From an uncultured Bacillota bacterium (GTDB lineage: Bacteria; Bacillota; Clostridia; Christensenellales; UBA1242): DNA of 64,000 nucleotides. The position numbers were made by a program, and so were the translations under genes. The notes under the pieces were generated by a model. It saw only the letters and a program-made list of their open reading frames with translations, did no database searches and had not been told where the DNA came from. Below, in pieces: positions 38,343-48,793 of this stretch (its first letter is position 1; each line of letters opens with the position of its first letter). The stretch lies in NCBI GenBank assembly GCA_900551705.1, contig URWY01000004.1, positions 15-64,014 on the forward strand. The letters are read 5' to 3'.

Positions 38343-39434
38343 ATGAAAATCGGAATTGTTGGTTTACCTAATGTTGGCAAAAGCACTCTGTTTAATGCAA
38401 TCACAAGCGCTGGTGCAGAAAGTGCAAATTATCCATTTTGCACTATTGAACCAAATGTTGGCGTTGTTGATGTTAAAGATGAAAGATTAAACAAACTAGC
38501 TGAATTTTACAACAGCAAAAAAATCATTCCAGCAAGTATTGAATTTGTTGATATTGCGGGGCTTGTTGAAGGTGCAAGCAAAGGCGAAGGTCTTGGTAAT
38601 AAATTTTTAAGTCACATTCGCGAAGTTGATGCTATTGTTCATGTTGTTAGATGTTATGATAACGAAAAAATTATCCATGTTTCTGGTTCTATTGATCCAA
38701 AACGCGATATTGAAGTTATCAATCTTGAATTGATTTTGGCTGACCTTGAAAGCGTTTCAAAAAGATATGAAAGACTTGTTAAACTTGCAAAAGTTGGAGA
38801 AAAGGGTGCGGAAGAAGAAGTTGAAGTTCTTGGGAAAATCAAAACGGCACTTGAAAACGGAAAAAGTGCAAGGAGTGTTGAACTCACAAAAGAACAAAAG
38901 AAAATTTGCGACAGTTTCTTCCTTCTTTCATCAAAACCTATTATTTATGTTGCGAATGTTTCAGAAAACGACATTGGAAAAGAAGATAACAAGTATGTAA
39001 AACAAGTTAAGGAAATAGCAGCAGAAGAGGGCGCAGAAGTTATAGTTTTGTGCGCAAAAATTGAAGAAGAACTTTCCGAATTATCACCAGAAGAACAAGA
39101 AATGTTCAAAGATGAACTTGGAATTAAGGACAGCGGTCTTGACAAACTTGTTGTTGCAAGTTATTCGCTTTTAGGCCTTATGAGTTTCTTAACAGCTGGC
39201 GAAAAAGAAGTTCGTGCTTGGACAATTAAAAAGGGAAGCAAAGCACCACAAGCGGCTGGTAAAATTCATTCAGACTTTGAAAAAGGTTTTATCAAGGCAG
39301 AAGTTGTAAGTTATGACGACCTTATGGCGGCTGGTTCTTATCTTAATGCAAGAGAAAAAGGCAAGGTTAGAATTGAAGGCAAAGATTATATTGTTCAAGA
39401 AGGCGACATCATGCTTTTCAGATTTAATGTGTAA
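38343..39434 (+). CDS. ychF: Redox-regulated ATPase YchF
   Basis: MKIGIVGLPNVGKSTLFNA, TGS-like C-terminus, 363 aa. Confidence 0.95.
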   Translation: MKIGIVGLPNVGKSTLFNAITSAGAESANYPFCTIEPNVGVVDVKDERLNKLAEFYNSKKIIPASIEFVDIAGLVEGASKGEGLGNKFLSHIREVDAIVHVVRCYDNEKIIHVSGSIDPKRDIEVINLELILADLESVSKRYERLVKLAKVGEKGAEEEVEVLGKIKTALENGKSARSVELTKEQKKICDSFFLLSSKPIIYVANVSENDIGKEDNKYVKQVKEIAAEEGAEVIVLCAKIEEELSELSPEEQEMFKDELGIKDSGLDKLVVASYSLLGLMSFLTAGEKEVRAWTIKKGSKAPQAAGKIHSDFEKGFIKAEVVSYDDLMAAGSYLNAREKGKVRIEGKDYIVQEGDIMLFRFNV

Positions 39435-39561
39435 TTGTTTATAACTTATTTGAGTTGTGCACAACTAATTCACAATTTTACAAAAACAATTTTATACAAT
39501 ATATTGTGTCAAATTTTGAAAAATTCTAAATTTTAAATCGATATTTTGTGGCGTAAAAAAG

Positions 39562-39570
39562 TTATACACA
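39562..39570 (+). promoter_or_regulatory. DnaA-box-like 9-mer
   Basis: TTATACACA fits TTATNCACA. It is the only such match I see in the dnaN upstream region. Weaker 2-mismatch relatives are at 39456..39464 and 39466..39474. Confidence 0.3.
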
Positions 39571-39662
39571 TTTCAACAGCCCTTATTAAGAATAATCTTA
39601 TTTAAATAATAAATAAAAATATGTTTTGGCGGCAAATTTTAAAAACTTGTCGCTTTATTTAT

Positions 39663-39691
39663 TTGATATTTTTTTTGATATATGTTATAAT
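39663..39691 (+). promoter_or_regulatory. sigma-A promoter of dnaN (extended -10)
   Basis: TTGATA-17 nt-TATAAT with TG at -15/-14, about 27 nt upstream of the dnaN ATG. Confidence 0.55.
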
Positions 39692-39718
39692 AACTATATA
39701 TTATATAGGAGAAAAAGT

Positions 39719-40822
39719 ATGCAAGTAGTATGTGATGGATTAGATTTATCAGAAGCAGTTATTAAAGTTTCAAGGGCTATTGCTTATAGAACAACAAATC
39801 CAATTTTGGAAGGTATTAAAATTGTTGCAGATAACGATTATGTTGTTGTAAGTGCAACAGACCAAGAACTTTCTATTGAAAAGAAAATTAAAGCAGAAGT
39901 TAAAGTTGAAGGTGAAACTGTTGTTCCAGGCAGATTTTTTACTGAATTTGTTAGAAAGTTAACAAAAGAAAAAATTGAACTTTCAACAAACGAAAAAAAT
40001 CAACTCAAAATAAAATATACAGATAGTGAAGGTGTTGTTCAATGTTACAATTCTCTTGAATATCCAAGTTTTAATAAAGTGGATTCAAGCGAATATTTTG
40101 CTATGACAGAAACAGAACTTAAAAACCTTATTCAAAAAACAATTTTTGCAGTTGCAACAGACGATACAAGGCCAATTTTAAAAGGTGTTTTGTTTGAAAT
40201 TTCAAGCGAACAAATCACAGCAGTTGCTCTTGATGGTTATAGGCTTGCTCTTTGCAAAAATCCAATTAAATTTGCAAACATTCAAGCAAATGTTATTGTT
40301 CCAGCAAAAAGTTTATCAGAAATTAGCAAACTTCTTGGCGATAGCGATGAAATTATCAATATCTATATTCAAAAGAACTATTTGATGGTTGATTTAAACG
40401 AAACAAAAGTTACAACAAGATTATTAGACGGCGATTTCTTAAATTATAAACAAATCATTCCTCAAAATTTTGAAACAACAATCGTTATCAACAAAAATCA
40501 ATTTGAAGACGCGTTGGATAGAGCATCTCTTCTTTCAAAAATCGGTCAAAGCAATCTTGTTAAATTTGATATTAAAGAAAATAGTTTGGTTATAACATCA
40601 AATTCAGATATCGGAACTATTTGTGAAAATGTTAATGTTTCATTCAAAGGTAAAGATTTAAAAATTGCTTTCAATGCAAGATATTTCACAGAGTGCGCAA
40701 GAAACATTACTGATGAATTTATTAAAATTTCATTCAACAATTCAACAAATCCATGTATTATCAATCCTATTGATTCAGATAAATACACATTCTTAATTTT
40801 GCCAGTTAGAATGTTGAATTAA
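39719..40822 (+). CDS. dnaN: DNA polymerase III beta sliding clamp
   Basis: Start set at ATG 39719 (MQVVCDGLDL) behind TAGGAGAAAAAG. Typical clamp blocks (LEGIKI, TDGYRLA-like LDGYRLA, ILPVRM). The ORF-track start at 39626 is a spurious extension. Confidence 0.9.
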   Translation: MQVVCDGLDLSEAVIKVSRAIAYRTTNPILEGIKIVADNDYVVVSATDQELSIEKKIKAEVKVEGETVVPGRFFTEFVRKLTKEKIELSTNEKNQLKIKYTDSEGVVQCYNSLEYPSFNKVDSSEYFAMTETELKNLIQKTIFAVATDDTRPILKGVLFEISSEQITAVALDGYRLALCKNPIKFANIQANVIVPAKSLSEISKLLGDSDEIINIYIQKNYLMVDLNETKVTTRLLDGDFLNYKQIIPQNFETTIVINKNQFEDALDRASLLSKIGQSNLVKFDIKENSLVITSNSDIGTICENVNVSFKGKDLKIAFNARYFTECARNITDEFIKISFNNSTNPCIINPIDSDKYTFLILPVRMLN

Positions 40823-40834
40823 AGCAAAAATTTA

Positions 40835-40866
40835 AGAGCATTATCAAATAGATAATGTTCTTTTTT
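40835..40866 (+). terminator. Terminator after dnaN
   Basis: 11-bp stem AGAGCATTATC/GATAATGTTCT (one G-U pair) followed by T6. Confidence 0.65.
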
Positions 40867-40886
40867 ATATTGCGAAAATATATTAA

Positions 40887-41564
40887 ATGGAATATAATAA
40901 AAATATGGATAAAGAGTTAAAAGAATATATTAAAAATGAAATTAAATCAAAATATAAAAATTTTGACAAAGGACATAACATAGCGCATTTTAATTTTGTT
41001 ACAAAAAATTGTGTTAATTATAGCAAACAGTTAATTGACAAAGGTGAAAAAGTAGACCTTGACATTGCTTACATTGTTGGAGCATATCACGATATCGGAA
41101 TTACAATGGGTAGGGAAGGGCACGCTCTTTCTTCTGGTAAAATTTTAAGAAAAGATAAAATGCTTAAAAATTTTTATTCAGAGGAAATAATTGAAATGAT
41201 GGCTCAGGCTGTTGAGGATCATTCATCACATTTGAGTTACGAACCAAGAAATATTTATGGTAAAATTGTCGCTGACGCAGATAGAAATAATACGAAATAT
41301 TTAGTATTTTCAAGGCCGATCAAATACGGGTTAAAAAACGAACAAAAAGGAATGAGTAAAGAGTGGCATATCAATAGAGTATACAATTTTGTAAATAGCA
41401 AATTTGGAAGAAATGGTTATGTTAAATATCAACTTGATATTCCAGATACAAAAAAAGAACAAAATAAAGTTTGGCAACTTCTTGACGATGAAAAGAAGTG
41501 TAAATTGTATATAGAAGGCTTGTTCGATGAAATTACAAAAGGTAAATATAATCCTGTAAAATAA
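40887..41564 (+). CDS. HD-domain phosphohydrolase
   Basis: H...HD motif (GAYHDIG) and DADR downstream. Confidence 0.8.
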   Translation: MEYNKNMDKELKEYIKNEIKSKYKNFDKGHNIAHFNFVTKNCVNYSKQLIDKGEKVDLDIAYIVGAYHDIGITMGREGHALSSGKILRKDKMLKNFYSEEIIEMMAQAVEDHSSHLSYEPRNIYGKIVADADRNNTKYLVFSRPIKYGLKNEQKGMSKEWHINRVYNFVNSKFGRNGYVKYQLDIPDTKKEQNKVWQLLDDEKKCKLYIEGLFDEITKGKYNPVK

Positions 41565-41589
41565 AAACAGCAATTATGCTGTTTTTTTT
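41563..41589. terminator. Bidirectional terminator
   Basis: AAAACAGCA-ATTA-TGCTGTTTT between convergent genes. Confidence 0.65.
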
Positions 41590-42448
41590 AATTTGCTTGT
41601 TGACTTTGTTTTTGTTTGATTTCCGAAATAAATGCGGAAAGTGTTTTTTGTTTTTGTTGTTTTGGTTTGTTCATAAAGTTTGCAATTTCAGAACGCAAAT
41701 AGGCGTTTTCAAGTCTTAATTTTTCGTTCTCAATTTTTATGTTTTCAAAAGAAGTTGTTATTTCTTTTAAGTCTTGTTCTGTTTTTGAAAGTTTGACAAG
41801 CGTTTTTCTGAGAGTTGAGTTTGCAAAATCAAGTTCGGAAATCAACTTTTTTTCTACGCTTTCTGCGGCAGATTTTTTTACCAATTTTATAAGACCTAAA
41901 AACAAACTGTTGATATCTTTTTCTGAAATAACTTTTGGTTCTTGCTTTTTAAAGTAAATCAAATTGTTTGGAGAATTTGACTTTGTAGTTTCCATAACTT
42001 TGTTTTTTATATTCAATTCTTTTGTGATTTCATTAATAAGTTCTGGATTAGATTTTAACACACTGCGATATTTATTTTGATAGCGAACCATGAGTTCAAC
42101 ATTATTATTTGCAAGTTTTAAACATGCTTTTCTGATTGAATATCCTTCACTGTTAAGTTTTAAGATATTTGATATGATTTCTCGAGTTTCGTCTGTTGAA
42201 AATAGCACTGATTCATTGACGATATGATTTTTTATATTTATATTAAGTTTATTTGCGCGTGATTTATTCTTTTGAAGTTCTGACAACTCTTGATAGTAAT
42301 AGTTTCTGATTGAATTGCGTTTTCTTCCTGATAATTTTGCATATTCTGAAAAAGCTGAAAGCAAACTTCTGTTTTCTTTCTTATTTTTTTCCACGATATC
42401 AAAAAGTTGTTTAATTTCTTTATCTTTCCATCTAGAATAATTTTTCAT
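41588..42448 (-). CDS. Putative Myb/SANT-like (RsfA-like) regulator with C-terminal coiled coil
   Basis: Start set at MKNYSRW (ATG 42448) behind GGAGG. WKDKEIKQLFDIV...RKRNSIRNYYYQEL resembles RsfA-type Myb repeats. Assignment is tentative. Confidence 0.55.
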   Translation of the reverse strand: MKNYSRWKDKEIKQLFDIVEKNKKENRSLLSAFSEYAKLSGRKRNSIRNYYYQELSELQKNKSRANKLNINIKNHIVNESVLFSTDETREIISNILKLNSEGYSIRKACLKLANNNVELMVRYQNKYRSVLKSNPELINEITKELNIKNKVMETTKSNSPNNLIYFKKQEPKVISEKDINSLFLGLIKLVKKSAAESVEKKLISELDFANSTLRKTLVKLSKTEQDLKEITTSFENIKIENEKLRLENAYLRSEIANFMNKPKQQKQKTLSAFISEIKQKQSQQAN

Positions 42449-42548
42449 TAAGACCTCCAAGTGAGATAATTATTGACAGATTAAAAAATTTTAATCATGT
42501 ATAGCATAATTTTGTAATTTCCCAAGATGATGATGAATAAAATATTAT

Positions 42549-43307
42549 ATGTTAAATGCTAATGTTCACATCATCTCAATGTTTGATTGTTTAATGAGAT
42601 TTTACGAAAACGAAAAGGAAATTTTCTCTTTAAATTCTCTCGGATTTTTAGGTGATGAAATTTCTTTAAAAATTGAAAATGCGGGCGACTTTCAAATTAA
42701 ACTTTATCCGTTTAATAAAAAAAATGAAAATCAAAATATAGCTTATACTGCAAATTTCAAAGTTATAAATTCTGAACTTTTTTGCGAAAACAAGCAAGTG
42801 AATATTTTTAATCTTCCACAAAATAATATAATTATAAAATTCAATCCAATCAATTTAAAATCACAAAATTTTAATAATTTTGACAAAGTTGAAAATATTG
42901 GAAGTTCAATCAAAACTTTAAAAATACTTCCAACAATTAGCAAAAAGGGCGAAGTTGAAGTTTATGAAATAAACGGCGACAAGGCAAGTTTTAAAGAAAA
43001 ATATTATGTTAGTTTGTTAAATAAAAAAAGTAATTTAAATAGCGATGTAATTAAATTATTGCAATTTTTTGAAGATTTGAAATTTGGTAGCGATGAAGAC
43101 ATAAAAGACAAATTTACAATCAGTTTGTCGGAAAAACTATCTGACGCAACACTTAAAAACTTTTTTGGAAATTTTGATGAAGCAAGACTTGTAAATTATT
43201 TTGAACAGCCAGCAGTTGCACTTTTAAATAATAAAAATAAACAGGCAAAAGTTTTTAGTGCAACTTTTGACAAAGGTTTGATTGATAATATTTTTGAGAT
43301 TGAATAA
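42549..43307 (+). CDS. Hypothetical protein (252 aa)
   Basis: ORF only. No convincing SD at any candidate start. No family recognised. Confidence 0.5.
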   Translation: MLNANVHIISMFDCLMRFYENEKEIFSLNSLGFLGDEISLKIENAGDFQIKLYPFNKKNENQNIAYTANFKVINSELFCENKQVNIFNLPQNNIIIKFNPINLKSQNFNNFDKVENIGSSIKTLKILPTISKKGEVEVYEINGDKASFKEKYYVSLLNKKSNLNSDVIKLLQFFEDLKFGSDEDIKDKFTISLSEKLSDATLKNFFGNFDEARLVNYFEQPAVALLNNKNKQAKVFSATFDKGLIDNIFEIE

Positions 43308-43325
43308 AAACTTTGACATATTAAT

Positions 43326-43952
43326 ATGAATTTGTTAAACTCATGTTGTATGAAATATGATAACGGCATAAAAAAATGCCCAAGATGCCATGAGAAATAT
43401 TTAGTTAGTCAAAAAAAATGTCAATTTTGCGGTCTTGTTTTTGATAGGTTAAATTATGTCTCTAATAAGTCAGCACGCAAAGAAGTGATTAAACTTCATA
43501 GAAGAAATTACATCATGACAGACGAATGGCCAGCAGATGCAAGCAAAAAAACTGCACTTTTGTTATGTGCATTTTTAGGCTTTACAGGTGCTCACAATTT
43601 TTATCTTGGAAGGTTTTATAAAGGACTTACAGTTTTATTTGGGCTTATTTGTTCAATGGTTTTATTGTTGATTCCATATAAATCTCTTGCTTATGAAATT
43701 ATTTGGTATATCAGTTTGTTGCCAGCTGCAAGTGTTTTAATAATGTGGGTTTTGGACTTTATCAGAATCTTTTTGGAACGATATAAAATACCGATCAGTA
43801 TTGACGAAAAACTATATTCTTTAAAGAGCGAAATCATTGTTGATGAAAAGAAAGATAATGGTGAAAACAAGGAAGAAAAAGACGAAAAAACAGAAAATAT
43901 AGAAAAAGAAAGCAAGAAAATAAATAAAAACAAGAAAAAGAAGAAAAATTAA
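43326..43952 (+). CDS. Zinc-ribbon plus TM2-domain membrane protein
   Basis: CPRCHEKY...CQFCG ribbon. TM2 signature KKTALLLCAFLGFTGAHNFYLGRFYKG. K/E-rich tail. Confidence 0.75.
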   Translation: MNLLNSCCMKYDNGIKKCPRCHEKYLVSQKKCQFCGLVFDRLNYVSNKSARKEVIKLHRRNYIMTDEWPADASKKTALLLCAFLGFTGAHNFYLGRFYKGLTVLFGLICSMVLLLIPYKSLAYEIIWYISLLPAASVLIMWVLDFIRIFLERYKIPISIDEKLYSLKSEIIVDEKKDNGENKEEKDEKTENIEKESKKINKNKKKKKN

Positions 43953-43965
43953 ATAGAGAGAAAGA

Positions 43966-45054
43966 ATGGAAACTGTTGTTATAGGAATGAGTGGCGGTGT
44001 TGATTCCGCTGTTAGTGCACATTTGTTAAAGGAGCAAGGCTACAATGTTGTTGCTCTTTTTATGGTTAATTGGGAAGAAACAGATAACGAAGGTGCTTGC
44101 ACAAGTGAAAGAGATTATGAAGATGTTAAGCGTGTTTGTGCAACGCTGAATATTCCTTATTACACGATAAATTTTGCAAAAGAATATTATGACCATGTTT
44201 TTGAATATTTTTTGAACGAATACAAAAACGGCAGAACTCCAAATCCTGATGTGCTTTGTAATCGTGAAATTAAATTCGGCCCATTTTTAGATTTTGCAAA
44301 GAAAATTGGTGCAGATAAAATTGCAACAGGTCACTATGCAAAAGTTGAAGAAAAAGACGGAAAGTTTTATCTTAAAAAAGCAAAAGATAAAAACAAAGAC
44401 CAATCATATTTTTTAAATCAATTAAACCAAAAACAATTGTCTTCTGTTTTGTTTCCTCTTGCAGATATTGAAAAAACAGAGGTTAGAAAAATTGCTGATG
44501 AACTTGGGCTTTCAAATGCAAGAAAAAAAGATTCCACTGGAATTTGTTTTATTGGCGAAAGAAATTTTAAAAAGTTTTTGAAAGGTTTTTTACCTGCTCA
44601 ACCTGGGCTTATCAAAACACCACAAGGAGAAATAATTGGAGAGCATGACGGGCTGATGTATTACACACTTGGACAAAGACGCGGGCTTAATATTGGTGGA
44701 AGAAAGGGCGGAACAGGCGAGCGTTGGTTTGTTTTGGATAAAGACTTAAAAAACAATGTCCTTGTTGTTTCTCAGGGAGAAGATGATGCGTTATTTTCTG
44801 ATGGACTTTACGCAAAAGAATTTAATTTTATACCAAATGTTCCAACGCAAAAATGTTTTGAATGTTTTGCAAAATTTAGATATCGTCAACCTGATCAAAA
44901 AGTTAAAGTTAAAGTTTTGAATGATAAAGAAATCAAAGTTGATTTTTTTGAAAAGCAAAGGGCAATCACACCTGGTCAATTTGTTGTGCTTTATGATGAA
45001 AATGAAAATTGCTTAGGCGGCGGAGTTATAGATAAATTTTATTATAATAAATAA
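43966..45054 (+). CDS. mnmA: tRNA-specific 2-thiouridylase
   Basis: PP-loop VIGMSGGVDSAVSA, NPDVLCN, and DQSYFL motifs. Confidence 0.95.
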   Translation: METVVIGMSGGVDSAVSAHLLKEQGYNVVALFMVNWEETDNEGACTSERDYEDVKRVCATLNIPYYTINFAKEYYDHVFEYFLNEYKNGRTPNPDVLCNREIKFGPFLDFAKKIGADKIATGHYAKVEEKDGKFYLKKAKDKNKDQSYFLNQLNQKQLSSVLFPLADIEKTEVRKIADELGLSNARKKDSTGICFIGERNFKKFLKGFLPAQPGLIKTPQGEIIGEHDGLMYYTLGQRRGLNIGGRKGGTGERWFVLDKDLKNNVLVVSQGEDDALFSDGLYAKEFNFIPNVPTQKCFECFAKFRYRQPDQKVKVKVLNDKEIKVDFFEKQRAITPGQFVVLYDENENCLGGGVIDKFYYNK

Positions 45055-45162
45055 AATAAAGGGTTTTTAAATTTCATGTCGAAATAAATATATTGACATG
45101 GAATTTTTTGTTTATTCCATACTTTTAATAGAATTATTAAGTTTTTTGAAAAGGAAAAAGTT

Positions 45163-46908
45163 TTGCCAAAATATTATTATCCACCAGAATGGTATGCAGA
45201 ATTAAAACAAAGAAATAATATCGTAAGCGTTGTTTCTTCATACATAACTTTAAATCGTAAAGGCAGGCAGTATTGGGCGTGCTGTCCTTTTCATCACGAA
45301 AAAACACCTTCTTTTACTGTAAACGAAGAAGGTCAATATTATCATTGCTTTGGTTGCGGTGTTGGCGGTAATGTTGTTGATTTTGTTATGCAAATGGAAA
45401 GTTGCGACCGTGAACGCGCTATCGAAATTCTTGCTCAAAAAGCAGGAATGAAAATGCCAGAGAACATGGGTGATGCAAGCATAATTGAACAACAGAAAAA
45501 AGAAAAAACCGATATATTAAAAGCACTTGATTTAACAAAAGAATTTTATAAGAAAAGTTTGTATCTTCCTATTGCAAAAGATGCACAAAATTATTTAAAA
45601 AAACGCGGTTTTAAGAAAAGTGATTTAGACAATTTTGAAATTGGTTATGCGCACAATAATGATGTAATTAAATACTTGAAAAGTCAAAATATTCCTTTTG
45701 AAATTATGGAAAAAGCCGGAATTGCAGGCGTAAGTAATGGTAGGGAATTTGACTATCAATCAAATAGGCTTGTGTTTCCAATTTTAAATTCTTATGAAGA
45801 AACAGTTGGTTTTAGCGGAAGAATTATTTTGCCAAATGACGAGCGTTCAAAATATAAAAATACTTCGCAATCGCCAGTTTTTGATAAAAGTTCTTGCGTT
45901 TACGGAATACATCTTGTAAAGCGAATTAGAAAAGAAAGAAAGATTGACAAAATCATTATTGTTGAAGGTCAAATTGATGTTATAACAATGAACTCAAATG
46001 GTTTTTCGCCAACGGTTGCTTGTTTAGGAACGGCACTCACTCCAAAACACGCAAGAGAACTCAAAAGGTTCTGTGACGATGTAACACTTTTATTTGACGG
46101 CGATGAAGCGGGTATGAAAGCAGCATCTAGGTCGATTGGAATTTTGGTTGATAACGATTTGTCAGTTAAAGTTGCAAGGCTTCCAAAAGGATTTGACCCT
46201 GATGAATTTCTTAAAAACTTTGGTAGAGAAAAAATGCAAAGTTTGATTGATAACGCAAAACATTATGTTGAATATTTGTTAGATATAACGCAGGAGCAAT
46301 ACAATTTAAAAGAGCCAAATGAGAAGTCAAAATGCGTTAAGAAATGCTTGGAAATAATTTCAGCGTTAAAAACATCTTCCGAACAAGAGATTTATTTAAA
46401 ATTGTTATCGCAAAGAATGTCAATATCTCTTGAAACACTCAAACGAGATGTTGTGAGTGCGAATAGTGAAAATATGGCAAATGAAGATAAAGATGTTTTA
46501 ATTAATCAAGAAGATGGCAATATTAAAGCAATAAAATATATTTTACTAGCCATGATAAAGAAAAAATCATACACAAATGGCAAAGCGTCACTTAGAAAAT
46601 ACATTTCGCACCCAGTTTATCAATCGCTCTATGACAAGATTTTACAATCTAATATCAGCGGCGAAAACTTAAATTTAGATGAAGAAGAAAAAGAAATCTA
46701 TGATAGCATTTTGGAACTTGACGATAGTTTGCTGACTGAGTCGTTTTATAACGAATGTGCTTTTAAAATTTTTGAAAATCACATGAAAATTTGGCAACAG
46801 GTGTTAAGTGAAAAATATAAGGAAACTTCTAATATAGAAGAAAGAAAACAAATCTCAGCAGAAATTGCACAAATAATTGCAAAAATGAAAAACAAGGTAA
46901 TTGATTAA
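45163..46908 (+). CDS. dnaG: DNA primase
   Basis: TTG start behind AAAGGA. Zinc finger CPFHHEKTPSFTV...HCFGCGVGG. TOPRIM EGQIDV...DGDEAG. Confidence 0.9.
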   Translation: MPKYYYPPEWYAELKQRNNIVSVVSSYITLNRKGRQYWACCPFHHEKTPSFTVNEEGQYYHCFGCGVGGNVVDFVMQMESCDRERAIEILAQKAGMKMPENMGDASIIEQQKKEKTDILKALDLTKEFYKKSLYLPIAKDAQNYLKKRGFKKSDLDNFEIGYAHNNDVIKYLKSQNIPFEIMEKAGIAGVSNGREFDYQSNRLVFPILNSYEETVGFSGRIILPNDERSKYKNTSQSPVFDKSSCVYGIHLVKRIRKERKIDKIIIVEGQIDVITMNSNGFSPTVACLGTALTPKHARELKRFCDDVTLLFDGDEAGMKAASRSIGILVDNDLSVKVARLPKGFDPDEFLKNFGREKMQSLIDNAKHYVEYLLDITQEQYNLKEPNEKSKCVKKCLEIISALKTSSEQEIYLKLLSQRMSISLETLKRDVVSANSENMANEDKDVLINQEDGNIKAIKYILLAMIKKKSYTNGKASLRKYISHPVYQSLYDKILQSNISGENLNLDEEEKEIYDSILELDDSLLTESFYNECAFKIFENHMKIWQQVLSEKYKETSNIEERKQISAEIAQIIAKMKNKVID

Positions 46909-46932
46909 CAAAAGAAAAGTTTTGGAGGAAAA

Positions 46933-47988
46933 ATGAACGAGAATTTTAAAGTTGAGTTGAATAGGTTTTTAGATATTGGTCGTAAAAAAGGAAATGTCAA
47001 CGAAGAAGACATTTATTTTAGACTTATGAAATATGATGCATCAAAAGATGAAATCAATGAGTTTATTGATACAATCGAAAAAAATGGCATCAAGATTATC
47101 AAATCACATGAAGAAGATGTTGCAAAAGAAGACTTGGACGAAATTATCACACAAGTTAGCGTTGATGACCCGGTTAAAACATATTTAAAAGATATAGGTA
47201 AAGTTCCACTTTTAACAGGTGACGAAGAAATTGAACTTGCTAAGCGTATGGCAGAGGGCGATGAAGCGGCTAAAGCAAAACTTTCTGAAAGCAATTTAAG
47301 GCTTGTTGTTAGCATCGCAAAAAGATATGTTTCGCGCTCAAATATGCAGTTTTTGGATTTAATTCAAGAAGGTAATATTGGTCTTTTAAAAGCTGTTGAA
47401 AAATTTGACTTCACAAAAGGATTTAGATTTTCAACTTATGCAACTTGGTGGATTAGACAATCAATAACAAGAGCAATTGCAGACCAAGCAAGAACTATTC
47501 GTGTTCCTGTTCACATGGTTGAAACAATCAATCGTTTAACAAGAACAACAAGAACTTTAATTCAAAAACTTGGTCGTGACCCAACTGCATCAGAAATTGC
47601 AAGTGCTATGGGACTTACAGAAGCACGAGTTGCAGAAATTCAAAAAATTGCGCTTGACCCAATTTCACTTGAAACAACAATCGGTGACGAAGAAGATAGT
47701 AAAATTAGCGATTTTATCGAAGATGAAACAGCAGTATCGCCACTTGAAGCAACAAGCCAAGTTTTGCTTAGAGAACAACTATTATCTGTTATCGAAACAC
47801 TTACACCTCGTGAACAAAAAGTTATTCGTATGCGTTATGGCTTAGATAATTCGCACCCAAGAACTCTTGAAGAAGTTGGTAAAGAATTCAATGTTACTCG
47901 TGAAAGAATTAGACAAATTGAAGCAAAAGCGCTTAGAAAATTAAGACACCCAAATAGAAGTAAAAAACTTGTAGATTTTAGAAGTTAA
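46933..47988 (+). CDS. sigA: Primary RNA polymerase sigma factor
   Basis: Region 2 [32 protein letters not shown] and region 4 [28 protein letters not shown]. dnaG-sigA operon order. Confidence 0.95.
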   Translation: MNENFKVELNRFLDIGRKKGNVNEEDIYFRLMKYDASKDEINEFIDTIEKNGIKIIKSHEEDVAKEDLDEIITQVSVDDPVKTYLKDIGKVPLLTGDEEIELAKRMAEGDEAAKAKLSESNLRLVVSIAKRYVSRSNMQFLDLIQEGNIGLLKAVEKFDFTKGFRFSTYATWWIRQSITRAIADQARTIRVPVHMVETINRLTRTTRTLIQKLGRDPTASEIASAMGLTEARVAEIQKIALDPISLETTIGDEEDSKISDFIEDETAVSPLEATSQVLLREQLLSVIETLTPREQKVIRMRYGLDNSHPRTLEEVGKEFNVTRERIRQIEAKALRKLRHPNRSKKLVDFRS

Positions 47989-48041
47989 AAATAATTTGAA
48001 AATTTGCAAAATATATGATATAAATTTCAAAAGGATAAATT

Positions 48042-48743
48042 ATGGACATTTCAAAAATTATAGAATATCAAAAGAAAGACGCTGAACTTTTTAAAATTGA
48101 AAATCAACTTGCAAAAAGTGAATTCAAAAAGAATTATCAAGATATGATAGCAGTTGTTAAAAAAGCACAAGAAAAATCTTCACAACTTGAAAATCAAGCA
48201 GGATTGCTTTTAAAAGATTTTAATCTTTTGAATAAGACATACAACGAAAACAACGCTAATGTTGAAAAACTTGCAAGCAAAGATTTATCAAAACTTTCCG
48301 AAACTGAGTTTGAAACATTGACAAAAAATGTAAATGCACTTGTAAACAACTTAAACATTTTGGAAAAGAAAATTTTGCAAATTGCTGAAAAGTTAAACAT
48401 ATCTTTAAATGAATTTGATACTGCTAAGAAAAATTATGGTTCAGCAAAAGCAAAATACACGGAGAATAAGAAAAAATATGACGAATTAGCTGCGTCAAAG
48501 CAACCAGAAATTGAAAAAATTAAAGGCGAACTTGCCAATATGGAAAAATCAATAGATTCAAAACTTATAGCAAAATACAAGCAACATAGGCAAGATAAAT
48601 TGTTTCCAGTGTTCGCTCCACTCTCTGGTAGGTCATGCGGCGTTTGTATGCTCGAACTTTCATCAGTTGAAGTTGATAAAGTTAAAAGTCAAGGTTATTT
48701 AGAATGTGATAACTGTCATAGAATTATTTACAATGTGAATTAA
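48042..48743 (+). CDS. Coiled-coil protein with C-terminal C4 zinc ribbon (DUF164-like)
   Basis: Long heptad-like N-terminal part. CGVC...CDNCHRI ribbon. Confidence 0.75.
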   Translation: MDISKIIEYQKKDAELFKIENQLAKSEFKKNYQDMIAVVKKAQEKSSQLENQAGLLLKDFNLLNKTYNENNANVEKLASKDLSKLSETEFETLTKNVNALVNNLNILEKKILQIAEKLNISLNEFDTAKKNYGSAKAKYTENKKKYDELAASKQPEIEKIKGELANMEKSIDSKLIAKYKQHRQDKLFPVFAPLSGRSCGVCMLELSSVEVDKVKSQGYLECDNCHRIIYNVN

Positions 48744-48769
48744 CCAAACGAAAATATAAAAATAAAAAA

Positions 48770-48793
48770 CAAGACTTGTGTCTTGCTTTTTTT
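48770..48793. terminator. Bidirectional terminator
   Basis: CAAGAC-TTGT-GTCTTG flanked by A- and T-runs. Overlaps the cls stop. Confidence 0.6.

Noticed and set aside
39626-39718. Upstream extension of the dnaN ORF (MAANFKNLSLY...)
   Set aside because: It runs through the predicted promoter. The ATG at 39719 has a proper SD and gives the canonical clamp N-terminus.
45055-45162. Hairpins between mnmA and dnaG as a regulatory RNA
   Set aside because: These are short 6-bp stems (CATGTC/GACATG, TGGAAT/ATTCCA) followed by T-runs. They are most simply a weak terminator for mnmA.
3301-47315. Numerous 60-130-aa antisense ORFs inside long genes (for example 3301..3669, 4329..4640, 13942..14262, 20189..20584, 21267..21464, 22774..23025, 34244..34576, 38654..38887, 47013..47315)
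   Set aside because: These are shadow ORFs opposite well-supported conserved genes. They have Ser/Leu/Phe-rich low-complexity composition and no SDs.
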